This document shows positions 12,826-23,620 of a stretch of DNA of 64,000 nucleotides, piece by piece. Made by a program: the position numbers and the translations under genes. Source of the stretch: Heterodontus francisci (lineage: Eukaryota); NCBI RefSeq assembly GCF_036365525.1, contig NC_090418.1, forward strand, positions 10,850,856-10,914,855, in the 5' to 3' direction. The notes under the pieces were generated by a model. The model did no database searches. It was not told the DNA's origin and saw nothing but the letters and a program-made list of their open reading frames with translations. The stretch's first letter is position 1. Every line of letters begins with the position of its first letter.

Positions 12826-15800
12826 AGGGGGAGTTTAGGGAGTCAGGTAGAAAGTTAAAAGACAGGACCTCGAGGGTTGTAATCTCAGGATTACTCCCTG
12901 TGCCACGTGCCAGTGAGGCTCCAAATAGGAAGATAGTGCAGCTAAACATGTGGCTGAACAGCTGGTGTAGAAGGGAGGGTTTCAGATATCTGGACCATTG
13001 GGACCTCTTCAGGGTACAAGAAGGACGGGTTGCATCTAAACTGGAGGGGCACGAATATCCTGGCTGCGAGGTTTGCTGGCGTTACTCGGGAGGGTTTAAA
13101 CTAGTGTGGCAGGGGGTTGGGAACCAGAGCAGTAGGACAGCAGGTGAAATAAATGAGGGGGAACTAGTAAATAAGGCCAGTAGGACTAAGAGGAAGAGCA
13201 GGCAGGGAGATGTTGCTGAGCACAGCGGGACAGGTGGTCTGAAGTGCATTTGTTTCAATGCGAGAAGTATACAGGTAAGGCAGATGAACTTAGAGCTTGG
13301 ATAGTACTTGGAACTATGATGTTGTTGCTATTACAGAGACTTGGTTGAGGGAAGGACAGGATTGGCAGCTAAATGTTCCAGGATTTAGAAGCTTCAGGCG
13401 GGATAGAGGGGGATGTAAAAGGGGTGGGAGAATATCACAGCTGTACTGCGAGAGGACACCTCGGAGGGGTCATGCAGCGAGGCAATATGGGTGGAGCTCA
13501 GGAATAGGAAGGGTGCAGTCACGATGTTGGGGGTTTACTACAGGCCTCCCAACAGCCAGTGGGAAGTAGAGAAGCAGATATGTAGACAGATTTTGGAAAG
13601 ATGTAAAGGTAACAGGGTTGTAGTGGTGGGTGATTTGAACTTCCCCTATATTGACTGGGACTCACTTAGTGCTAGGGGCTTGGATGGGGCAGAATTTGTA
13701 AGGAGCATCCAGGAGGCCTTCTTGAAACAATATGTAGATAGTCCAACTAGGGATGGGGCCATTCTGGACCTGGTATTGGGGAATGAGCCCGGCCAGGTGG
13801 TCGAAGTTTCAGTGGGGAAAATTTCGGGAACAGTGATCATAATTCCGTAAGTTTTAAGGTACTTGTGGATAAGGATAAGAGTAGTCCTCGGGTGAAGGTG
13901 CTAAATTGGGGGAAGGCTAATTATAACAATATTAGGCAGGAACTGAAGAATTTAGATTGGGGACGGCTGTTTAAGGGTAAATCAACATCTGACATGTGGG
14001 AGTCTTTTCAACGCCAATTGATTAGAATCCAGGACCAGCATGTTCCTGTGAGAAAGAAGGATAAGTTTGGCAAGTTTCGGGAACCTTGGATAACGCGGGA
14101 TATTGTGAGCCTAGTCAAAAAGAAAAAGGAAGCATTCGTAAGGGTTGGAAGGCTGGGAACAGACGAAGCCTTTGAGGAATATAAAGACAGTAAGAAGGAA
14201 CTTAAGCAAGGAGTTAGGAGGGCTAAAAGGGGTCATGAAAAGTCATTAGCAAACAGAATTAAGGAGAATCCCAAGGCTTTTTATATGTTTCTAAAGAGCA
14301 AGAGGGTAACGAGGGAAAGGGTTGGCCCACTCAAGGACAGAGGAGGGAATCTATGTGTGGAGCCAGAGGAAATGGGCGAGGTACTAAATGAGTACTTTGC
14401 ATCAGTATTCACCAAAGAGAAGGACTTGGTGGATGATGAGTCTGGGGAAGGGAGTGTAGATAGTCTGGGTCATGTCATTATCAAAAAGGAGGAGGTGTTG
14501 GGCGTCTTGCAAAGCATTAAGGTAGATAGGTCCCCAGAGCCTGATGGGATCTACCCCAGAATACTGAGGGAGGCAAGGGAAGAAATTGCTGGGTCCTTGA
14601 CAGAAATCTTGGTATCCTCACTGGCTACAGGTGAGGTCCCAGAGGACTGGAGAATAGCCAATGTTGTTCCTTTGCTTAAGAAGGGTAGCAAGGATAATCC
14701 AGGAAATTATAGGCCGGTGAGCCTTACATCAGTGGTAGGGAAATTATTAGAGAGGATTCTTCAGGACAGGATTTACTCCCATTTGGAAACAAATGAACAT
14801 ATTAGCGAGAGGCAGCATGGTTTTGTGAAGGGGAGGTCGTGTCTCACTAATTTGATTGAGTTTTTTGAGGAAGTGACAAAGATGATTGATGAAGGAAGGG
14901 CAGTGGATGTTGTCTATATGGACTTCACTACAGCCTTTGACAAGGTCCCTCATGGCAGACTGGTACAAAAGGTGAAGTCACACGGGATAAGAGGTGAGCT
15001 GGCAAGATGGATACAGAACTGGCTCAGTCATAGAAGACAGAGGGTAGCAGTGGAAGGGTGTTTTTCTGAATGGAGGGCAGTGACCAGTGGTGTTCCGCAG
15101 GGATCAGTGCTGGGACCTTTGCTGTTTGTAGTATATATAAATGATTTGGAGGAAAATGTAGCTGGTCTGATTAGTAAGTTTGCAGACGACACAAAGGTTG
15201 GTGGAGTTGCGGATAATGATGAGGATTGTCAGAGGATACAGCAGGATATAGATCAGTTGGAGACTTGGGCGGAGAAATGGCAGATGGAGTTTAATCCGGA
15301 CAAATGTGAGGTAATGTATTTTGGAAGATCTAATGCAGGTGGGAAGTATACAGTAAATGGCAGAACCCTTAGGAGTATTGACAGGCAGAGAGATCTGGGC
15401 GTACAGGTCCACAGGTCACTGAAAGTGGCAACGCAGGTGGATAAGGTAGTCAAGAAGGCATACGGCATGCTTGCCTTCATCGGTCGGGGCATAGAGTATA
15501 AAAATTAGCAAGTCATGCTGCAGCTGTACAGGACTTTAGTTAGGCCACACTTAGAATATTACGTGCAATTCTGGTCACCACACTACCAGAAGGACGTGGA
15601 GGCTTTAGAGAGGGTACAGAGGAGGTTTACCAGGATGTTGCCTGGTCTGGAGGGCATTAGCTATGAGGAGAGGTTGGATAAACTCGGATTGTTTTCACTG
15701 GAACGACGGAGGTGGAGGGTGACATGATAGAGGTTTATAAAGTTATGAGTGGCATGGACAGAGTGGATAGTCAGAAGCTTTTTCCCCAGGGTGGAAGAGT

Positions 15801-16062
15801 CAGTTACGAGGGGACATAGGTTTTAGGTGCGAGGGGCAAAGTTTACACAGAGGGTGGTGAGTGCCTGGAACTTGGTGCCGGGGGAGGTGGTGGAAGCAGG
15901 TACGATAGCGACATTTAAGAGGCATCTTGACAAATACATGAATAGGAAGGGAATAGAGGGATACGGTCCCCGGAAGTGCAGAAGGTTTCAGTTTAGACAG
16001 GCAGGCTTGGAGGGCCGAATGGCCTGTTCCTGTGCTGTACTGTTCTTTGTTCTTTGTTCTTC
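12826..16062 (+). mobile_element. CR1 LINE, 5'-truncated in ORF1 (esterase-like), ORF2 disrupted
   Basis: ORF1 end (SRVVISGLLPVPRASE..WCRREGFRYLDHW); APE (VVAITETWL, GVYYRPP, GDLNFP); RT 13865-15508 (VPQGSVLGP, KFADDTK); ttctttg tandem tail; absent from the duplicate at ~39717. Confidence 0.93.
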
Positions 16063-16068
16063 TGTACT

Positions 16069-19000
16069 TCTCGAGAGACAATGGGTAAGCGCCTGGAGGT
16101 GGTCAGTGGTTTGTGAAGCAGTGCCTGGAGTGGCTCTCAAGGCCAATTCTAGAGTGACAGACTCTTCCACAGGTGCTGCAGATAAAATTGGTTGTCGGGG
16201 CTGTTACACAGTTGGCTCTCTCCTTGCGCTTCTGTCTTTTTTCCTGCCAACTCTAAGTCTCTTCGACTCGCCACGCTTTAGCCCCGCCTTTATGGTTGCC
16301 CGCTAGCTCTGGCGATCGCTGGCAACTGACTCCCACGACTTGTGATCAATGTCACAGGACTTCATGTCGTGTTTGCAGACGTCTTTAAAGCAGAGACATG
16401 GACGGCCGGTGGGTCTGATACCAGTGATGAGCTCGCTGTACAATGTGTCCTTGGGGATCCTGCCATCTTCCATGCGGCTCACATGGCCAAGCCATCTCAA
16501 GCGCCGCTGGCTCAGTAGGGTGTATATGCTGGGGATGTTGGCCGCCTCGAGGACTTCTGTGTTGGAGATACGGTCCTGCCACCTGATGCCAAAGATTCTC
16601 CGGAGGCAGTGAAGATGGAATGAATTGAGACGTCGCTCTTGGCTGACATACGTTGTCCAGGCCTCACTGCCATAGAGCAAGGTACTGAGGACACAGGCTT
16701 GATACACTCGGACTTTTGTGTTCCGTGTCAGTGCGCCATTTTCCCACACTTTCTCGGCCAGTCTGGACATAGCAGTGGAAGCCTTTCCCATGCGCTTGTT
16801 GATTTCTGCATCGAGAGACAGGTTACTGGTGATAGTTGAGCCTAGGTAGGTGAACTGTTGAACCACTTCCAGAGCGTGGTCGCCGATATTGATGGATGGA
16901 GCCTTTCTGACATCCTGTCCCATAATGTTCGTTTTCTTGAGGCTGATGGTTAGGCCAAATTCGGTGCAGGCAGCCGCAAACCTGTCGATGAGTTTCTGCA
17001 GACACTCTTCAATGTGAGATGTTAATGCAGCATCGTCAGCAAAGAGGAGTTCCCTGATGAGGACTTTCCGTACTTTGGTCTTCGCTTTTAGACGGGCAAG
17101 GTTGAACAACCTGCCACCTGATCTTGTGTGGAGGAAAATTCCTTCTTCTGAAGACTTGAACGCATGTGAGAGCAGCAGGGAGAAGAAGATCCCAAACAGT
17201 GTAGGTGCGAGAACACAGCCCTATTTCACAACACTCAGGATAGGAAAGGGGTCTGATGAGGCGCCGCTATGCTGAATTGTGCCTTTCATATTGTCATGGA
17301 ATGAGGTGATGATACTTAGTAGCTTTGGTGGACATCCGATCTTTTCTAGTAGTCTGAAGAGACCACGTCTGCTGACGAGGTCAAAGGCTTTGGTGAGATC
17401 AATGAAAGCCATGTAGAGGGGCATCTGTTGTTCGCGGCATTTCTCCTGTAGCTGTCGAAGGGAGAACAGCATGTCAATGGTGGATCTCTCTGCTTGAAAG
17501 CCACACTGTGCCTCAGGGTAGACACACTCAGCCAGCTTCTGGAGCCTGTTTTAAGCGACTCGAGCGAAGACTTTCCCCACTATGCTGAGCAGGGAGATTC
17601 CACGGTAGTTGTTGCAGTTCTTCAATGTGAGATTGAAACCAGTCTGCATTCCACTTCACACGTTTGCCATAGGTGGTCATTGTTGAGTCGTAGATGGCGT
17701 CTCTGATGTGGGCCCACTTGGTCTCTGCATCCCCTGTGGGAGTGTTTTGAAGGGCTTTTTCAAGTGAATTTCGAAACTTATGTAACAGCTGTGGATGAGA
17801 AATTCTGCTAGTGTTGATGCACAGGCGGCCCTTCTGCTTGGTGTAATGCAGTTTCTTTGGTTTGAGGCTAACCTTGCTGCACACGAGGGAGTGGTCAGTG
17901 TTGCAGTCCGCACTGTGGAAGCTGCGTGTGATTTGAACACTGTTTAAGGAGGCTCACCTTGTGACGATGAGGTCCAGCTGGTGCCAACGGCGTGATCTTG
18001 GGTGCCTCCAAGAAACCTGGTTGACAGGGTTTAGTGTGAAAGAACAAGTTGGTGATGCAGAGGTTATGATAGGTACACAACTCAAGCAGTCTCTGTCCAT
18101 TCTCATTCATCCTTCCAATGCCATAGCGCCCAAGGCAGGAGGGCCATGAGTCATGGTCGGCCCCAACCCTGGCATTAAAGTCCCCCAGCAGGAATAGGTG
18201 TTCGGTATTGGGGATGCTACTAATGATATTATGGAGTTCCTCGTCTTTAGCTTCAGGTGGAGAGCAGAGTGTTGGAGCAGAGATGCTGAGTAGGTGTACT
18301 GGACCAGAGGCGGTGAGCAGTCGGATGGACAGTATGCGTTCCGAGCCATTTGAAGGTGGCTCTATCATGCTGAGCAAAGAGTTTCTGATGGCGAAGCCCA
18401 CTCCATGCTGTCTTGGTTCTTCAGGATCCCTGCCCTGCCAGAAGAAGGCGTAGTCTTGCTCTCTTAGAGATCCGCTCACAGGGAGGCGAGTCTCCTGAAG
18501 TGCTGCAATGTCCACATTGAGTCTACTGAGCTCGTTGTTAATGATGGTGGTCTTCCGAGAATCATTGATTTGTGCAAGGTCTTCCGACAGGCCAGGACAC
18601 ATAGTTCTGACGTTCCAGCTTGCAAAACAAAGGGCTGGCACCTTCTTTCCTTTTTTTGCCGTACTGTTTGGTGTGGTGTTTACAGTCCACTCGTCGGGCA
18701 ATGACCCTGAGCTCCAAGCACCCAAAGAAGCAGGTGGACTGTGGCGGGACAGAACCTTACTGACCGGGGGCTGCCCGGTTTGAGGCGGGCGGTACCTGTC
18801 CAGTGAGATGCGATGACCTCTCCCACCGACAAAGGAAACCCATGGCTCCCAATCTCTACGCCAATTGAGCTGGACTTATAACCCGTAAATGCTGCCTTCC
18901 GTGTTGTTTTGGTCGCTGTGAGGTGACTATGGAGTGACCTCTCCATGGTGCATGCCTGGGCGGATGTATGGGATTTGTGACTTGCCCAAGCGTCAAAACC

Positions 19001-19377
19001 CCCCTCTCGGCCTTCCTGGTGGGGTCCAAAGGAGTGCAGAGCACGACGTTTGGCACCGGTATGGCTGCAGGAACTGCCGGAAACATGCCAAAGGTGACAC
19101 ATGACCACCTTCGGGATTCCCCTCCGGATCTTCTGTTAGGGTTTACTCCCTTAGCCTTGATCTCTCCGTGGAAGCCCACAAGGCAGTTTTTAGGGTCCCT
19201 GCTCAGGGGTAGGTGGATGCCGGTGGGAGGGGTGCAGTGGGAAGGGGTGGAGGGAAGGGGGTGCGAGGGGGAGCTGAGAAGGCAGTTTCAGGGGTAAGGA
19301 GAGGGGGTGCAGGGAATAAAACATTTCATCGGCTCCCACCATTGGGAATTCTGCTCCCAGTACATGATGCTATTTGA
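16069..19377 (-). mobile_element. RTE LINE, inverted duplicate of 1951-6009 with internal deletion
   Basis: Same 5' flank and same in-frame TAG (17221-17223 vs 4853-4855); ~630 bp missing at ~17618; 3' tail absent. Confidence 0.92.
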
Positions 19378-21060
19378 TAATCTCACTCCTGATATTATTG
19401 GCAAAGCCTCTGTAACCAAAAGAGTGATCGAGATGGTCAGACAAAACCAACTAATTGTATTCACACTGAAGATCATCATCACAAATTGACTCTATTCAGA
19501 TCTGAAGAACATAAACCTTCACAAGACAAGTGTTGGGCACAACCCAGAATGTTTCTTCAAAGTATATCCTGCGGGGAGGGGGGGGGATATAAAAGTTTCT
19601 GACTTGATGTGAGTGCAGGTGCATTGATGAATAAACCGTTGCTGTTCTGTGTAATGGTTTTCCAGGGTGGCAGGGCTGAACTGGTGTAACAGTGTCAGCA
19701 GAGAATAGGGAAATGGACCCAAAAAGGAGCTCTCCGATTCCACTCAAGCTGTGCTGGACCTCGCTTGGAGATGTTTGATTCTGTCCTGGGAAACAAAGAG
19801 CAAATACATATTAGTGATAAATGTGTTGGAGGAGTCATTAAAACAAGTCCACTCAGAGTGAGAGTTTACTGAAACTTATTAGTATAAATTTTATTCACAT
19901 TGAGGTGAAGGACCACAGTGCTGGAGAATGGGATATGTTCCATGAAACTGGAGTGTCAGAATGAACCACTCCCAGGACAGGTACAGCACGGGGTTAGATA
20001 CAGAGTAAAGCTCCCTCTACACTGTCCACATCAAACACTCCCAGGACAGGTACAGCACGGGGTTAGATACAGAGTAAAGCTCCCTCTGCACTGTCCCCCA
20101 TCAAACACGCCCCAGGATAGGTACAGCACGGGGGTTAGAGACAGAGTAAAGCTCCCTCTGCACTGTCCCCATCATAAATGTCTCCTTACTGCAGCAGTGA
20201 ATGGTCCTGTATCTCAGAGCAGCCAGCTTCATGCTTTCTCTGCGTTCGCTTGTCGATTAGTATATCCTACTAAAGAGGAGTTTTATGCTGTGGATCTGTT
20301 GCAGTGAGATTTTCCCAAACTCACTTTACATTGTACCACAACAGCCAACACGGGGGAGAGTTTTATTCCATTATTCTGGAGCTGCACTCAGACCCAGGGT
20401 GACAGGATGGCCCTTGAACCATTTCACCGTCATTTCATGAAGAACCAGGTTCTGGGAGATTCTAGACGATGCTAAAAAAAAAAAAACGGGGTTAGATACA
20501 GAGTAAAGCTCCCTCTACACTGTCCACATCAAACACTCCCAGGACAGGTACAGCACGGGGTTAGATACAGAGTAAAGCTTCCTCAAAAACAAAGAAAAAT
20601 ACTAGTTAGATATCGACTGTAAATGCTACATTGTGTGAAGCTTCGGTGATCTGTGGGAAATCTGGGGCATATCCAATTGGAATGATCAAGTTGCATCCCG
20701 TATATTACTCTTTCAGGGAACTGTTCCTGAACTTTGGCTCAGCTCCAGGCCCAGGCTCCTGATTTTCGGCCTTTCGGTACAGAGAGGGGTTAGACAAACT
20801 GGCAGAACGTCTCGTGACTCTGCTCTGGCGGTGCAAAAGCAGCGATCCACATTCTCAGGGACAGCTGGGGTTGGGAAGGGGTTGGTGTCGCTCGGGCTCG
20901 TTGGCTCTCCTTTGCGGTCCTGGCTGTGCTTTGGTGTCCCATAGAGAGGGGCAATGCGGTGCCCACCCATACACTCGAGGCCTCCTGCCACCAGTGAACT
21001 CCTCAGGGAATGGAGAGTCTAATTGACACTCGTCATACTTATATAATTTAATTTGATGAG
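19378..21060 (+). mobile_element. Ancient Tx1/L1-clade LINE relic with minisatellite insertions (~19968-20175, ~20473-20585)
   Basis: Most complete copy of the relic; fragments such as KEEFY..L and LFLNF..LLIFGLSVQRG; lies upstream of ZP3 copy 2. Confidence 0.5.
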
Positions 21061-21104
21061 TTTCTTTTGTTCAATGTACATTCTGTGTTTGAGTTCCATT
21101 ATTT

Positions 21105-23240
21105 GTTAGAAATCAAAGAATTCTTAAGGCACAGAAAGAGGTCACTTGGCCCATCGCGTCTATGCCAGCCAGAAAACGATCCACCCATTCCAATCCCACC
21201 TTCCAGCATTTGCTCCGTAGCCCTGCAGCTTACGGCACTTGAGGTGCCTATCCAGACTCCTTTTGAATGAGTTGAGGGTCTCTGCCTCAATTACCCTTTC
21301 AGGCAGTGAGTTCCAGACACCCACCACTCTCTGGGTAAAAAAGATTTTCCTCATCTCCCCTCTAATTTTTCTCCCAATCACTTTAAATCTATGCTGCTTT
21401 GTCACTGACCTCTCTGCTAAGGTGAATCGGCCCTTCAACCCAGCCCCCCATTCTACCCAGGCCCCTCACAATTTTCTACATTTCAATCAGATCTCCCCTC
21501 AGACTTCTCTGTCCCAGGGAGATCAACCCCAGCCTATCCAATCTTTCCTCATAGCTGCATTTTTCCAGTCCTGGCATCATCCTCGTAAATCTCCTCTGTA
21601 CCTTCTCTAGTGCAATTTCATCCTTTCTGTAATGAGGTGACCAGAACTGCTCACTACAAAAGCAGCGATCCACATTCTCAGGGACAGCTCGGGTTGGGAA
21701 GGGGTTGGTGTCGCTCGAGCTCGTTGCCTCTCCTTTGCTGTCCTGGCTGTGCTTTGGTGTCCCATAGAGAGGGGCATTGCAGTGCCCACTTGTACAGTTG
21801 AGGCCTCCTGCCACCAGTGAACTCCTCAGGGAATGGAGAGTCTCACTGACACTAGTAATACTGATATACCATCACAGTACTCATGTTGTGGCCTAATCAA
21901 TGAGTTATACAGTTCCAGCATAACCTCCCTGCTCTTATATTCTATACATCGGCTAATAAAGGAAAGGATTCCATATGCCTTTTTCATCACCTTATCGACC
22001 TGTCCTGCTACATTCAGGGATCTGTGGACATTCACTCAAAGGTCCCACATTTCCTCTACACTCCTCAGTATTTTCCCACTATTCGTGTGTTCCTTTGACT
22101 TGTTTGACCTCCTCAAATGCATCACCTCACACTTCTCCAAGTTGAATTCCATTTGCCGCTTTTCTGCCCATCTGACCAGACCATCAATATCTTCCTGCAG
22201 CCTAAGCTATCCTCCTCGCTATCTAACACATGGCCAATCTTTGTGTCATCTGCAAACTTCTTCATCATGCCCCCTCGAGGCCTGCTACCCGACCCGAAAC
22301 CGACGGGACCCGGCGACACGTGTCGGATTCTGGTCCGGGTCCATCTTCAAGTCAAGTCCGGGTTGGGTCGTGTCGGGCTGGACACACACGGTAAGTGCTC
22401 TGCCCATCAGTATTGAAATTAAAAAAACTTACCTGAGCTGAGAGTCCGGGACAAAGCTGAGTCTGCGTAGTGAGCGAGTGATGTCACAATGACGTCATCG
22501 CGCATGCGCTGCAGCTTCGCGGAGATTCCAAGTCTGAAGGTGAGTAAAAGGATAGTCGGGTCGAGTCGAGTCAGGGTGGGTTTGGGTCGGGTCGGGTCGG
22601 GCTCGGGGCAAAATCGGAGGGACTTTGGCCAGGTCGGGCTCGAGTCCGCGGTGGTTCGGTCAGGTTCGGGTCGGGTTCTTTTCTCCCAACCTCAGCAGGC
22701 CTCTAATACCCCCTACATTTACGTCCAAATCGTTAATATATGCCACAAAAAACAGGGGACCCAGTACTGAGCCCTGCAGAACGCCACAACCCTCCAGTCG
22801 CAAAAATACCTGTCAACAATTAACCTTTGTTTCCTGCCACTGAGCCAATTTTGGATCTATCTTGTTATGTTTCGCTCGATCCCAGGGGATTTTATTTTTG
22901 TAACCAGTCTGCCATATGGGACCTTGTCAAAAACCTTGCTAAAATCCATGTAGACCACATCAACTGCACGACCCTCATCTATCTTCCTTGTTGCTTCTTC
23001 ATAAAATTCAAGTAATCTATGCTGACTATCCTTGATTATTCTGTGCCTTTCTAAGTGACAGTTTATCTTGTCTCTCTAAATAGATTCCAATAGTTTTCCC
23101 ACTACTGAGGTTAGACTGACTGGCCTGTAATTATTCAGTCTGTCCCTCGCTCCCTTTTTAAACAGAGGTACAGTGTAAGAAATTCTCCCATTCTCCGGCA
23201 CCACACCTGTATCCAGTGAGCACTGGAAAATGTTAGCTGT
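21105..23240 (-). mobile_element. CR1 LINE 3' portion, interrupted by a Tx1-relic patch (~21655-21872) and a MITE
   Basis: [62 protein letters not shown]. Confidence 0.85.
22275..22705. mobile_element. hAT-superfamily MITE (~431 bp)
   Basis: TIRs tcgaggcctgct / agcaggcctcta; 8-bp TSD atgccccc (22267-22274) / ataccccc (22706-22713); subterminal (tcggg)n repeats; splits a CR1. Confidence 0.82.
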
Positions 23241-23379
23241 GTCCTTTGAAGAGGGGGGCAGGTGTACATTCGTTCCTCTGTTGATAAAACTGGGGATAAC
23301 CCCTGTCATCCTCATAGATCAATGAACAAAGCATATTATAGTATTGTATTAATGGTTCCCTTCAACATGAGCAAGTTTG

Positions 23380-23600
23380 GAGCTGACATCTGTCAGGTGA
23401 CACTGGACCAACTCAGAGCCACTCCTATTGGTCCAAATAAAATAGGCCCTCCTGGCAATAAATCCATGAGTTCTGTCATTGGGTGTAAATTGTGGAGATT
23501 GGGGCTGGTTAATTGGCTCAATGTTGCTGCTTCTGGGATCATTGGTGTCAGGTGACTGCAGGTTGTGTGTATAAAAGGAGCTGGTTGGTGGGTGAAGGGA
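23380..23600 (+). promoter_or_regulatory. ZP3 copy 2 promoter
   Basis: Distal E-boxes CATCTG 23387-23392 and CAGGTG 23394-23399; ATTGG repeats; proximal CAGGTG 23549-23554; TATAAAA 23570-23576. Confidence 0.7.
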
Positions 23601-23620
23601 TGGTTGAGTTGTTTGGTATC

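Noticed and set aside
23390-23402. tgtcaggtgaca palindrome as an estrogen response element
   Set aside because: Half-sites are TGTCA with 2-bp spacing, not GGTCAnnnTGACC; better read as an E-box context.
23513-23620. N-terminal extension of ZP3 exon-1 ORFs (MAQCCCFWDH..., MVELFGI)
   Set aside because: Starts at TTG upstream of the TATA box; the ATG at 23600 is about at the predicted [11 protein letters not shown] (23621) directly precedes the signal peptide and is preferred, though 23600 or 23636 cannot be excluded.
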